60,849 nt of DNA from a bacterium (lineage in GTDB: Bacteria > Patescibacteriota > Patescibacteriia > Patescibacteriales > UBA12465). The DNA lies in the NCBI GenBank assembly GCA_035388665.1, contig DAOOQF010000001.1:1-60849 (forward strand), written 5' to 3'. This document shows positions 1 to 9,966 of this stretch, piece after piece (within the stretch, counting starts at the first letter, position 1; each line of letters opens with the position of its first letter). Below the pieces are notes generated by a model, which saw only the letters and a program-made list of their open reading frames with translations, was not told the DNA's origin and made no database searches. Both the position numbers and the translations under genes were made by a program.

Positions 1-235
1 AAGTAGGTGGCCCCTGATCATCAGATTTTCCCGGAGTAACAGAAATTAAATTAGCCCCCAAACCCTCAATTTGACCCAATATTAAACTCTGAGCTCCCGC
101 CCCAACTGACATTATTATAATAACCGAAGCTACCCCAATAATAATTCCCAACATAGTTAAAAAGCTCCTAGCTTTATTGGCTTTAAGAGCTTTAATTGAG
201 GTTCTAAAAGCTTGTTTTAATGATAAAAAATTCAT
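1..235 (-). CDS. ABC transporter permease, MacB/FtsX-like (N-terminal part only; gene runs off the left edge)
   Basis: My translation of the minus strand from ATG at 235-233 gives MNFLSLKQAFRTSIKALKANKARSFLTMLGIIIGVASVIIIMSVGAGAQSLILGQIEGLGANLISVTPG... This is a typical MacB/FtsX N-terminus with TM1. It starts 2 nt after the stop of the upstream ATPase gene. Confidence 0.75.
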   Translation of the reverse strand, partial: MNFLSLKQAFRTSIKALKANKARSFLTMLGIIIGVASVIIIMSVGAGAQSLILGQIEGLGANLISVTPGKSDDQGPPT

Positions 236-236
236 G

Positions 237-950
237 TTATTTTAAAATCATACCGTCTTGAGCAATTTTTCTATTTTTCACCTCCTCATCACTTACAATT
301 AAACCATCTCTAATTTTTATAATTCTCTTGGCGTGCTCCGCTGTATAGGTTTCATGAGTAACTAAAATAATAGTATTTCCTTCTTCATTTAATTTCTGCA
401 AAATCTGCATGATTTGAATACCTGATCTAGAATCCAAATTTCCCGTTGGTTCATCGGCAAAAATAACCGAAGGCTGATTAACTAGAGCACGAGCTATAGC
501 GACTCTCTGCTTTTCTCCTCCAGAAATCTGATTAGTATAATAATCAAAACGATGAGATAATCCAACTTCAGTTAAAACCTTTTTTGCTCTATCTACCATA
601 TTTTTTCTATTGCTAGAATAAGTTAATGGTAAAATTACATTATCGAGAACTGAAGTTTTAGATAAAAGATTAAAAGATTGGAAAACAAATCCTATTTTTT
701 CGTTTCTAAAAGAAGCTAACTGATCATCATCCATTTTACTAACATCTTCTCCGGCAAATTCGTAGATACCACTACTAAGACGATCTAATAATCCCAGAAT
801 ATGCATTAGGGTTGATTTGCCAGAGCCAGATGGCCCCATAATAGAAACAAATTCTCCGGCTTTAATATCAAAAGAAACACCGTGCAAAACCTTGGTAACG
901 ACATCACTCGAAGAATATTCTTTTTTTAAATCTTTTATTCTAATTAACAT
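237..950 (-). CDS. ABC transporter ATP-binding protein (MacB/LolD-type)
   Basis: Walker A GPSGSGKST, Q-loop FQSFNLL, ABC signature ISGGEKQRVAIARAL, Walker B VIFADEPTGNLD, H-loop VTHE. Confidence 0.93.
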   Translation of the reverse strand: MLIRIKDLKKEYSSSDVVTKVLHGVSFDIKAGEFVSIMGPSGSGKSTLMHILGLLDRLSSGIYEFAGEDVSKMDDDQLASFRNEKIGFVFQSFNLLSKTSVLDNVILPLTYSSNRKNMVDRAKKVLTEVGLSHRFDYYTNQISGGEKQRVAIARALVNQPSVIFADEPTGNLDSRSGIQIMQILQKLNEEGNTIILVTHETYTAEHAKRIIKIRDGLIVSDEEVKNRKIAQDGMILK

Positions 951-962
951 ATTCTTGAAATA

Positions 963-2876
963 TTATTTACCATTTTTAATGGCAGTAACAATAATATCAC
1001 CTTCTTTTAAATCTTCGGAGATAATTTCTACCATAGCTTGATCGCCAGAAATTCCTACTTTAACGGGAACTTCTTTGACGTCCTTGCCATCCAATACTCT
1101 AACATATCTATCTCCACCATTTTTTAATAGTACTGTTCTTGATGATAAAACCAAAACATCTTTTTTGTAATTAGTAATAATATCAACATTAGCGGTCATC
1201 CCTGACTTAATAACAAAGCCATTTTTACCTAACTCATCTTCGGAAAAATTTATTTTAATTTTATAATAAATAACATCTGATATAGAGGTGGCTGCTGGTT
1301 CCACAAAATAAACACGACCAGAAACTTTATATTCGTCACCAAAAGCATCAAAATTAACCAAGGCCTCGTTGTCTATCTTTATTTTAGAAATATCAGACTC
1401 GGAGATATATACCTCTATCTCAAAATTATTTTCTGTTAATAAATTAATTACTGGATTAACACCACTAATTTGTTCGCCAATCTCATAATTTATTTTAGTA
1501 ATCTTTCCATTAATCGGAGCTTTAATTTTATTTTCCTCAATTTGTTTTTCTATTAGACTCAAGCTAGCCAAAGCTTGATCAACCTGAGATTGAGCTAATT
1601 TTAGATCATCGGATTTGGCTGGTGTTTTTAGTTTAATCAACTGTAATTTAGCAACTTCGTAAGACTTTTTGGTAGAGTCTACCCTAGCCTCGGCTGAAAT
1701 TATTTGTTGATCACTATTTATTCTAACTAAACTTAAATTGTTTTCGGCACTAGAAACAGCATCGCTTAAAGCTACTCTAGCCCTATTTAAATTATCTTCA
1801 GCGCCAGAAACACTGGTAGAATAATTTAGGGTTGAATTAGAAAAACTAAAATAAGAGTTTTGTATTACTAAGATTGAAGAATTAACATATCCCTTGTTGG
1901 TATTAATACTCGCCTTAAAAGCATCTAGAGAAGTTTGGGTAAAAGTTGAAGAAACAATAGTATTCTCTAGAGCACTAAAACAATTATTTAGTGTATCAAA
2001 AGTTTTCCCCAAAAAAGAAATTAACTCATCCGAAGCCTTTTTAATATTTTCTTGGCTAGGATTTTCTTTAGCAATTCTAATATAAGCTTCTATTTGAGGT
2101 AATGTATTAATAGAATCATCATAAAATCTCTCTGCCAACACTTTATAATAATAGTTTTTAACACTAAAAACATTTTTAATATTTTCGTCATCTAAAATTC
2201 TCTTATCAGCGTCCAAGGCCGATCGAGAAACTGAAAAATTATAATCAAGCGAGGACAATAAAGAGTCTCGACTATTTTCCATGCTCTGCCTACTAGTCCT
2301 CTCGGTATTAGAAAGATTAATTTCAGCTGATTCCACCGCCTGCTTGATAGCCATTGGAGTTTGCGAATTAGGTGATTTTAAATCATTTAAACTTTTCTCA
2401 GCCTGATAGATGCTTTCGGAAACTAATTTTTTTGTCTGAATTAAATCATCTTGAGCTGACTTGTAGGATCCTTCGGCCTGTTTGACTTGAGCCTCTAAAA
2501 CAGCAATATCTTCATAATAGGCGCCCTTGATCAATTTATCTTGATTGGTTTTAGAAATACTAACAGCCGCCAAAGCCTCTTCTTTTCTTATCAATAAAGA
2601 AGAATAATCAAGCTCAGCCAAAACATCACCTTCGGCAACTTGGTCTCCAACTTTAAAATATACTTCTTTTAATTTTCCGACCTGAGAAAAATTTAATCCG
2701 ACTTCTTGACTAGCCTTAACCGTGCCAATTTCGCTAACAGTCTGCTTTAAATCTTGCTTTTTTAATTCGGTGGTTGAATATTCTACTTTATCTTTTTTGA
2801 AAACAAAAAATAAAACCAATCCCAATATTACTACAAAAGTCAAACTAAAAATAATTATTTTTTTTCTTCTTTTCAT
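963..2876 (-). CDS. HlyD/MacA-family efflux adaptor (membrane fusion protein), unusually long
   Basis: N-terminal TM anchor. Biotinyl/lipoyl-like hairpin motifs (GTVKA...V.FKVGDQVAEGDVLAELD and IKAPINGKITKINYEIGEQ). A long helical middle region. C-terminal beta-barrel part. Sits directly upstream of the ABC ATPase and permease. Confidence 0.8.
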   Translation of the reverse strand: MKRRKKIIIFSLTFVVILGLVLFFVFKKDKVEYSTTELKKQDLKQTVSEIGTVKASQEVGLNFSQVGKLKEVYFKVGDQVAEGDVLAELDYSSLLIRKEEALAAVSISKTNQDKLIKGAYYEDIAVLEAQVKQAEGSYKSAQDDLIQTKKLVSESIYQAEKSLNDLKSPNSQTPMAIKQAVESAEINLSNTERTSRQSMENSRDSLLSSLDYNFSVSRSALDADKRILDDENIKNVFSVKNYYYKVLAERFYDDSINTLPQIEAYIRIAKENPSQENIKKASDELISFLGKTFDTLNNCFSALENTIVSSTFTQTSLDAFKASINTNKGYVNSSILVIQNSYFSFSNSTLNYSTSVSGAEDNLNRARVALSDAVSSAENNLSLVRINSDQQIISAEARVDSTKKSYEVAKLQLIKLKTPAKSDDLKLAQSQVDQALASLSLIEKQIEENKIKAPINGKITKINYEIGEQISGVNPVINLLTENNFEIEVYISESDISKIKIDNEALVNFDAFGDEYKVSGRVYFVEPAATSISDVIYYKIKINFSEDELGKNGFVIKSGMTANVDIITNYKKDVLVLSSRTVLLKNGGDRYVRVLDGKDVKEVPVKVGISGDQAMVEIISEDLKEGDIIVTAIKNGK

Positions 2877-2890
2877 ATTTTTATTTAATA

Positions 2891-3328
2891 CTAATCCATG
2901 ACAATATCGTCGGAACTTTCGGAGTCATCATTTTCTTCAAATTCTTTACCACCTCTTTCCATGATGCGCATTACCTTATTAGAAAAAGTATAAACATCAA
3001 ATTCATTCTTCATAAAATAATAATTGGCTCCCAAGCCAACACTCCTACTTCGACCATCTTCTTCGCTCAAATCAGTAAAAATAAAAATCTCAGCATCAGA
3101 GATAGTTTCATCTTCCTTGATTCTTTTAACAACCTCTAATCCATCTAGTTTTGGCAAAACCAAATCTAAAACAATAATCTTGGGCTGAAACCTTTTTATT
3201 CTGCCTAGAAGATCCTCTAATTCTTCGTTGGCATCACTAGTTTCAACGTCATAATCATTAGAAGAAAAGATATCCCTTAGACCATAAAGAATATTGATAT
3301 CATCTTCTATTATAAAAACATTTTTCAT
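2891..3328 (-). CDS. Single-domain response regulator (receiver only) with acidic C-terminal tail
   Basis: CheY-like pattern: FIIEDD near the N-terminus, phospho-acceptor context IIVLDLVLPKLDG, conserved T in IFIFTDL. No output domain. The stop lies 14 nt upstream of the adaptor gene. Confidence 0.8.
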   Translation of the reverse strand: MKNVFIIEDDINILYGLRDIFSSNDYDVETSDANEELEDLLGRIKRFQPKIIVLDLVLPKLDGLEVVKRIKEDETISDAEIFIFTDLSEEDGRSRSVGLGANYYFMKNEFDVYTFSNKVMRIMERGGKEFEENDDSESSDDIVMD

Positions 3329-3359
3329 AATTTTAAAAATTAATTTTAAATTAAATAAA

Positions 3360-4340
3360 TTATTTTATTAACTCTTTATAACTTAGCAAGCCATTTTGCG
3401 CTCCGGCCAATGAAACAACAGAGGAAACATTCTTGACCCCTAAATACATAGACTTTTTATAATCACCATCAAATTTTATAAGACACCCAACTACAGTAGA
3501 TCCAAAAGCATCACCCACCCCAGTAGAATCAATTTTATTCTGATTGCTAATTATTTTTTGGTGAAAAAAATTAGTCCCATCAAAAAAATAAGCTCCCTTA
3601 ACTCCATCAGTCAAGATTATTTTTTCTGGACCCAGATCCTTCAAAATTTTTATTAAATTTTTAATATCAGCCAAAAAATTATCTTTTAAGCTAGAGAATC
3701 TTTTTGTTTTTTTAATTAACTCCAGAGCCTCATCTTTATTCAAAATAAAAATTTCAGTATTTTCTAAAAATCTTTTAATTGGAGCAACCCCACCCGATAA
3801 TTGAGAAATTCCTGGGTTCCAGGCAATATTATTTTTATTCAAAAATATTCTTTCTAAGCTATTCTGGCAATTGAGAGGCAGAGATGTTAAATAAACCCAT
3901 TTGGCCAATTTAATATTTTTCTCTTGTTTTTTGGAAATAACAAAATTATCATTAGCCCCTCGATAAGCAAAAATAATCCTATCTTTTTTATTATTTATAA
4001 TAAAAGAAAAGCCGGAATCACTTTTTTTATCAACTTCAATAAAATTATGATCTACTTTATTATTTTCTAAATTTTCTAATATTCTAAAACCACGCTCATC
4101 TTGACCAATTCTTGACAAACAAGCTACCTTGAAACTAAGTCCGGACAAGTTAATAGCTGAATTTGAGGCTCCACCGCCAAAATAATGACCAAATTCCTTA
4201 ATATTAATTTTAGCCCCATATTCAAAGGCTAATAATTTCTCTTTTAGGATGTCAGCCTTATTATCTATCAAAACTCCTTCCGAGGTAAAGAAAACGATAT
4301 CCTCTGTCACCCCCCCAATTGTTATAAAATCATATTTCAT
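3360..4340 (-). CDS. PfkB-family carbohydrate kinase (ribokinase-like)
   Basis: N-terminal ITIGGVTEDIVF, GGGASNSA motif, C-terminal PfkB signature DSTGVGDAFGS. Confidence 0.8.
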   Translation of the reverse strand: MKYDFITIGGVTEDIVFFTSEGVLIDNKADILKEKLLAFEYGAKINIKEFGHYFGGGASNSAINLSGLSFKVACLSRIGQDERGFRILENLENNKVDHNFIEVDKKSDSGFSFIINNKKDRIIFAYRGANDNFVISKKQEKNIKLAKWVYLTSLPLNCQNSLERIFLNKNNIAWNPGISQLSGGVAPIKRFLENTEIFILNKDEALELIKKTKRFSSLKDNFLADIKNLIKILKDLGPEKIILTDGVKGAYFFDGTNFFHQKIISNQNKIDSTGVGDAFGSTVVGCLIKFDGDYKKSMYLGVKNVSSVVSLAGAQNGLLSYKELIK

Positions 4341-4372
4341 AGTAAAACAATTAATTCTTTATAATTATAACA

Positions 4373-4909
4373 CTAAAACCCCCTTTTATCAAAAGAAAGA
4401 GATCCGTGAGATCTTTTTTGAGAATTTAAAAAATAAAAAGATAAAACAATACCAACGCTCAACCAAATCAACTCCAACAACAAATTAAACCAAAAGAATT
4501 TATTAAACCAAAAGAGGCCAGAAAAATTATTTTCGAATAAAAACAACAAAAAATATAACAACAAATTATAAAAGATAGAAAAAACCGCTGTTATCGACAA
4601 AAAAGAGTAGATTGATCTATTGGTAAAAAAATTATTCCAAATAAAATTAGCTAATATCAGAGTTAATAGAAGGGATATAGAATAAATTCCAAAAGGATAA
4701 AAAGAGAAAATGTCTAAAACAAATCCGGTAATTAAAGCAAATAATAAAGATTTACTAAAATTGTTGAAGATAAAGAGCCAAACCACAAAAAATAAAATGA
4801 TATTTATTCTGCTCCAAAATCCAGGTAAGGAATTTAAAAAAGCTAATTGAATTAAAATTATAACCAAGGATAAAAGAAATAATTTAAAAAACTTCCAATA
4901 CTTATTCAT
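4373..4909 (-). CDS. mreD: Rod shape-determining protein MreD (polytopic membrane protein)
   Basis: All-hydrophobic 178-aa protein immediately downstream of mreB-mreC in the canonical order. The call rests mainly on position. Confidence 0.6.
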   Translation of the reverse strand: MNKYWKFFKLFLLSLVIILIQLAFLNSLPGFWSRINIILFFVVWLFIFNNFSKSLLFALITGFVLDIFSFYPFGIYSISLLLTLILANFIWNNFFTNRSIYSFLSITAVFSIFYNLLLYFLLFLFENNFSGLFWFNKFFWFNLLLELIWLSVGIVLSFYFLNSQKRSHGSLSFDKRGF

Positions 4910-4922
4910 GATGTCAAAATTA

Positions 4923-5744
4923 TTATTTAGGAATTATAATAGAAACTATGTTCAAATTATTAATACTAAACAAGGCCTCAGCATTAACATTCTGCCAAAT
5001 ATCATTAACTTCCTGCTCGATATTATTTATTCTAGCAACAGCCAAACCACGAGGAATATCTTTTTCTAGTCCAGAGGTAATAACCATATCTCCAACACTA
5101 ACTACTTCATTCTGAGAAACAAAATTTAACTTTACCGATAAACCCAAATCACCCTCAGCTAAACCAATGCTAGCACTAGAATTATTTATTGACACGGCCA
5201 TTTTACAAAAATTATTATTTATTAAACAGACTCGAGAATTGGTCTCGTTAACTTCAATTATTTTTCCAACAATGACGCCAGATTCATTAATAACAGCCAA
5301 ACCAACTCTTAGGCCGTCCCTAGACCCTCTATTGATAACCATATTCTGATTGTAGCTAGTAACATTTAATAGATTCTCTTGCCAAAGAACCTTAGCCAAA
5401 ACATATTCATACGAATTTTCTTCAAAAAATTTTAAATATTCTCTCAACTTTTCATTTTCCTCCTCCAGAGAATAAAGTCTGGCTAGCTCGGCCTGGCTTG
5501 ATTCAATATCTTTTTCTAAATTAGAAATATTTTCTATTAGCTCTGCTTTAGACTTGGTATCAAGTGAAGAAAATGAGGAAAAATTCTTAATAAAAAAACT
5601 TCCCGGATATACTATCTTAAATAATAACCTTTGACCAAAAGAAGAAAAACCAATTATATTTAAAAAAATAAGCAGTACCACCACTGCCAAAAAAAATTTA
5701 TATTTCTTTTTATCTTTAAAAAAATTCATAGTTTTGCTAAACAC
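4923..5744 (-). CDS. mreC: Rod shape-determining protein MreC
   Basis: N-terminal TM, coiled-coil segment (ENEKLREYL), C-terminal beta-rich domains with GD.V.TSGL...PRGL.V. Overlaps the mreB stop by 8 nt. Confidence 0.85.
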   Translation of the reverse strand: MFSKTMNFFKDKKKYKFFLAVVVLLIFLNIIGFSSFGQRLLFKIVYPGSFFIKNFSSFSSLDTKSKAELIENISNLEKDIESSQAELARLYSLEEENEKLREYLKFFEENSYEYVLAKVLWQENLLNVTSYNQNMVINRGSRDGLRVGLAVINESGVIVGKIIEVNETNSRVCLINNNFCKMAVSINNSSASIGLAEGDLGLSVKLNFVSQNEVVSVGDMVITSGLEKDIPRGLAVARINNIEQEVNDIWQNVNAEALFSINNLNIVSIIIPK

Positions 5745-6780
5745 TCAAAATTGAAGTTATCTTTTTTAATAAATCTTCATTAGAAAATAAGCTACCAGAA
5801 CCACGAACCATAGCAGAAAGAGGATCATCTACAACTACCACAGGAATTTTAGTGGCCTTAGAAATTAGCTTATCTAGTCCATAAAGCAAAGCACCTCCGC
5901 CACTCAAATAAAGACCATGCTCATAAATATCAGCCACCAACTCAGGAGGAGTTTCTTCTAATGTCAATTTGATATTTTCAACTATCTTGATAATTGTTTT
6001 TTTAATAGCATCTCTAACCTGAGCATCAGTAATAGTAATGGCGGTTGGTAGTCCATTAATCAAATCCTTGCCTCTAATTTCCATAGATCTATCTTCATCA
6101 AAAGGAATAACTGAGGCTAAATTTATCTTTATTTTTTCAGCTAATTGTTCCCCAATTAAAACATTGAAACTATCTCTAATATAATCAGTAATATTACTAT
6201 CCAATTCATTTCCAGCTAAGCGCAAAGACTTCCAAGATACCACCCCTGACAATGAAATCACGGCTATATCAGTAGTTCCCCCGCCGATATCAACTATCAT
6301 ATTAGCCCGAGGACTGTCCACTGGAAGACCAGCTCCTAGAGCAGCGGCCATAACCTCTTCTATTAAATAAACTTTTCTGGCTCCAGCTGACTTAGCGGCA
6401 TCCTCCACGGCCTTCTTTTCCACCTCAGTAATATCCAAGGGGATTCCAATAATAACTCGGGGACGTGGTAAAAAAGAAAAGCCTTCCCCATGAACTTTAT
6501 TAATAAAATGTTTTAGCATTTTTTCAGTAATTTCAAAATCAGAAATAACTCCATCAACCAAGGGTTTAACAGCTTGAATATGAGCCGGTGTTTTACCTAC
6601 CATTTTTTTAGCCTCATGACCAATTTCTAGAATTTCAGTAGTCTTAGTATTAATAGCCACAACGCTAGGCTCATTAATAATGATTCCTTTTTTATCAACA
6701 TAAACTAAGGTATTTTTGGTTCCCAAATCAATGGCGATATCATAGCCTAGACTAGTAAATTTTTTTAAAAAATTAAACAT
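5737..6780 (-). CDS. mreB: Rod shape-determining actin homologue MreB
   Basis: DIAIDLGTKNTLVY phosphate-1, IVDIGGGTTDIAV phosphate-2, LSGGGALL adenosine motif. Confidence 0.95.
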   Translation of the reverse strand: MFNFLKKFTSLGYDIAIDLGTKNTLVYVDKKGIIINEPSVVAINTKTTEILEIGHEAKKMVGKTPAHIQAVKPLVDGVISDFEITEKMLKHFINKVHGEGFSFLPRPRVIIGIPLDITEVEKKAVEDAAKSAGARKVYLIEEVMAAALGAGLPVDSPRANMIVDIGGGTTDIAVISLSGVVSWKSLRLAGNELDSNITDYIRDSFNVLIGEQLAEKIKINLASVIPFDEDRSMEIRGKDLINGLPTAITITDAQVRDAIKKTIIKIVENIKLTLEETPPELVADIYEHGLYLSGGGALLYGLDKLISKATKIPVVVVDDPLSAMVRGSGSLFSNEDLLKKITSILSV

Positions 6781-6781
6781 A

Positions 6782-8026
6782 TTATAATTTATTTTTTAAA
6801 TGAGTTAGTAAATCTCCTATCCCCACTATTTCAATTTCGTCTTTTTTTCTTAACTTAATTTCTATTTTATTTTCAGACAAAGTCTTGGGGCTTAGAACCA
6901 ACCTAACAGGACAACCAATCAAATCAGCATCAGCAAATTTTTCTCCAGCTGAAATCTCATCGCGGTCATCATATAAAACTTCAAAGCCAGAAGAGATTAA
7001 ATTTTGATAAATTTTTTCAGCTTCTTCGTTCTGTTTTAAGGATATTAGATGAACAGAAAAAGGCGCTATATTTTCTGGCCAAACGATTCCCCTCTCATCA
7101 TGATATACTTCTACAATGGTTCCCAATATTCTGCTAGGACCCATACCATAACAACCCATAATAATATCGCCAACCTCTCCTAATTGATCCTTATATTGAA
7201 AACCAAAAGGCTTAGAAAATTTAGTTCCTAATTTAAAAATATTTCCTACTTCAATAGCCTTTTCTTCCTTAAAATCATGTCCACCACATTCAGGGCAATC
7301 CTTCTGTTCTTCTATAATTTCTTTATTAATAGCGCTATGACATTTTTGACAGACATAAATAAGATCCTCTCCGGCTGGACAAATAGTTTGAAATTCATGG
7401 GAATATTTAGAAAAAGCTCCCCCCGAAGAATAGGTTAAATAAGTAATTTCTCCCAAGCCCAGTCTTTTATAAATATTAAAATAAGCTTGTTTAACTTTTT
7501 TATAATAAATATCTAAATCTTCTTGAGAAACATGAAAAGAATACAAATCCTTCATAGAGAATTCTCGGCCTCGAAGCAGTCCAGCCTTAGCTCTTTTTTC
7601 ATTACGAAATTTAGTTTGAATTTGATAAATAGCAAAAGGCAAATCTCGATAAGACAAAGTAAATTTTTGAGCTAGTGGAGTAACAATTTCCTCATGGGTA
7701 GCCCCCATAGCATATTCTTTATCATCTGAACCAGCCAGTTTAAATAAGGCATCAAAATTTTCCCAGCGATCAGTTGTTTGCCAAACCTCTTTGGGCGTAA
7801 GAGCCGGCATCAAAACTTCTTGTCCACCAACAGCATTAATCTCTTCTCTAATAATATTATTTATTTTATTTAAAACTCTTAATCCCAGGGGTAAAAAAGT
7901 ATAGATCCCAGCACCAACCTTATCAACAAAGCCAGCCCTCATTAAAGTCTGAGCATTATATGAGGTTTCGTCTTTAGGTATCTCTTTAATTGTTTTAGTA
8001 AATAGAAATGATTGTTTCATATACAT
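6782..8026 (-). CDS. proS: Prolyl-tRNA synthetase, bacterial-type core without the INS editing domain
   Basis: The N-terminus aligns by eye with E. coli ProRS (TKTIKE.P.DE.S.NAQTLMRAGF....GAGIYTFLPLGLRVLNKI). Motif 2 is FRNEKRAKAGLLRGREFSMKDLYSFH and motif 3 is GCYGMGPSR. Only 414 aa. A CxxC...CxxC segment sits where INS normally is. Confidence 0.9.
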   Translation of the reverse strand: MYMKQSFLFTKTIKEIPKDETSYNAQTLMRAGFVDKVGAGIYTFLPLGLRVLNKINNIIREEINAVGGQEVLMPALTPKEVWQTTDRWENFDALFKLAGSDDKEYAMGATHEEIVTPLAQKFTLSYRDLPFAIYQIQTKFRNEKRAKAGLLRGREFSMKDLYSFHVSQEDLDIYYKKVKQAYFNIYKRLGLGEITYLTYSSGGAFSKYSHEFQTICPAGEDLIYVCQKCHSAINKEIIEEQKDCPECGGHDFKEEKAIEVGNIFKLGTKFSKPFGFQYKDQLGEVGDIIMGCYGMGPSRILGTIVEVYHDERGIVWPENIAPFSVHLISLKQNEEAEKIYQNLISSGFEVLYDDRDEISAGEKFADADLIGCPVRLVLSPKTLSENKIEIKLRKKDEIEIVGIGDLLTHLKNKL

Positions 8027-8146
8027 TTTTCAACAAAAAAATTTGTTTTTATTATCCAAAAACAAGAAAACTTAGTATCTTTAGTATAACTAAAAAAAAT
8101 GCCTTTGTAAATACTAGACATTTTTAGAAATAATAAAAAAACATGA

Positions 8147-8719
8147 TTATTTGGCCATCTTTTTCAAAGCTTCTTTTATGCGCTGCCCGCTGTCTTTAAT
8201 ATCATCATCTACTTGCTTTAAAGCCTCTCGAGCCTCTAGCATTGAATATCCTAGGGCCATTAGAGCATCAATTTCTTCCCCGGCAAAGCTAGAAACTGAC
8301 AAATCATAATCCCCGCCCATTTTGAATAATTTATCTTTTAATTCCAAAACCACCCTCTCGGCCGTCTTTTTGCCGATACCAGAAACCTTAGTCAAAAGAT
8401 GAGAATCCCCCCGAACAATAGACTCCTTGATATCAGCCAAATTAGCAATAGCTAAAACCGATAAAGCTGACTTAGGCCCAACTCCAGAGATAGAAATAAG
8501 TAATTTAAAAAATTCTAATTCCTCCAAACTTTTAAAACCATATAGATCCAAAGCATCCTCTTTAACATATTGATGAGTAAAAACCTCTAACAATTGACCT
8601 GTTTTTAATTCATTTAAGAAATTTTCACTAACAAAAATAGTATAGCCAATATTATTTACTTCTAAAACAATATTATTTTTTAACTTATAAAGAATTTTTC
8701 CTTTTAAATATGAAATCAT
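8147..8719 (-). CDS. ruvA: Holliday junction DNA helicase subunit RuvA
   Basis: MISYLKGKI...V.VNNIGY OB-fold start, two HhH motifs (ISGVGPKSALSVL and VSGIGKKTAERVVLEL), C-terminal domain III. Confidence 0.92.
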   Translation of the reverse strand: MISYLKGKILYKLKNNIVLEVNNIGYTIFVSENFLNELKTGQLLEVFTHQYVKEDALDLYGFKSLEELEFFKLLISISGVGPKSALSVLAIANLADIKESIVRGDSHLLTKVSGIGKKTAERVVLELKDKLFKMGGDYDLSVSSFAGEEIDALMALGYSMLEAREALKQVDDDIKDSGQRIKEALKKMAK

Positions 8720-8723
8720 AATT

Positions 8724-9956
8724 TTATAGTTTTCTTCTTAAAACTGCCAACTCGGAAATTTTAATTTTATTATTAATCTTTAATATTATTTCTTGACCAC
8801 CACCGCCACCATGGGCCTCCAAAATGCTTTTTTCAGTTTTAGCATCAACCATCTCCTTTATATCTAGTTTTATTATATCATATTTTGGCAAAATTATCTC
8901 AACTTTATTCCCAACTTTAATAGTATTATGAACCTTAATTTTAATAATATTAACAATTTTACCTCTCTCCTCCTTAATTTTATTTTCAATCACTTGGCCG
9001 CAAAACTCCCAGTCTGATAAAAAGTGAGAGTTAGCAGTATTTTGTTCCCCCTTTTTATTTAATAAAAAACCAGTGGTATAACCTCGATGAGTTATTTTAC
9101 TTATTAATTCTTTATATAAAAAATTTATTTTATTTGGTTCCAATAAAGCCTTCTTATATATACCTACAACATTAGCTAAATAATAGACACTTTTAGCTCG
9201 TCCCTCAATTTTAAAACTGGTTATTCCGGCCTTTATTAGCTCTGGAATACTTTTTATTAAACACAAATCTTTAGAATTTAACAGATAAGAACCATGCTCT
9301 TCTTGCACCAACTCTAGCTCCTCTTCGTGCCCCTTAGCTTTAATAAAAACGTCATACTCCCAGCGACAAGGCTGAACACAATCTCCCAAATTAGCACTAC
9401 GATCGACAAAATCCTTCGACAAAAAACAACGACCCGAATAAGCCATACACATTGCTCCATGAACGAAATATTCCAATTCTATTTTAGGACATTTTTGATG
9501 AATTTTTTTTATTTCTTCTAAGGTAGTTTCTCTTCCCAAAATTATTCTTTTAACACCTTGCTTTTGCCAAAATTTAACAGCCTCATAATTTGTGCAGTTA
9601 GCCTGGGTAGACAGATGAATGTCAATTTTAGGACAATGTTTTTTAACTAAAGATAATATTCCCGGATCAGAAATTATTAATCCATCAGGCGATAACTTAT
9701 TTAATAACTTTAAATATTTTGGCAATTTATCAATATGACGATTATGAGCAAAAATATTAACCGTAACATAAATTTTCTTTTTTTGATTATGGACATATTC
9801 AATAGCCCGAGACAAAGACTTCAAATTAAAATCATTAATTCTAACTCGCAAAGAGAAGTCAGGAATACCCAAATAAACAGCATCGGCTCCGTGGGCTAAA
9901 GCTGTCTTCATCTTCAAAAAATTTCCGGCCGGAGCCAATAATTCAATTTTTTTCAT
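8724..9956 (-). CDS. U32-family peptidase-like protein
   Basis: ELLAPAGNF...ALAHGADAVYLG N-terminus and E.FVHGAMCMAYSGRCFLS cysteine motif, both typical of peptidase U32. Confidence 0.85.
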   Translation of the reverse strand: MKKIELLAPAGNFLKMKTALAHGADAVYLGIPDFSLRVRINDFNLKSLSRAIEYVHNQKKKIYVTVNIFAHNRHIDKLPKYLKLLNKLSPDGLIISDPGILSLVKKHCPKIDIHLSTQANCTNYEAVKFWQKQGVKRIILGRETTLEEIKKIHQKCPKIELEYFVHGAMCMAYSGRCFLSKDFVDRSANLGDCVQPCRWEYDVFIKAKGHEEELELVQEEHGSYLLNSKDLCLIKSIPELIKAGITSFKIEGRAKSVYYLANVVGIYKKALLEPNKINFLYKELISKITHRGYTTGFLLNKKGEQNTANSHFLSDWEFCGQVIENKIKEERGKIVNIIKIKVHNTIKVGNKVEIILPKYDIIKLDIKEMVDAKTEKSILEAHGGGGGQEIILKINNKIKISELAVLRRKL

Positions 9957-9966
9957 TATTAATAAA

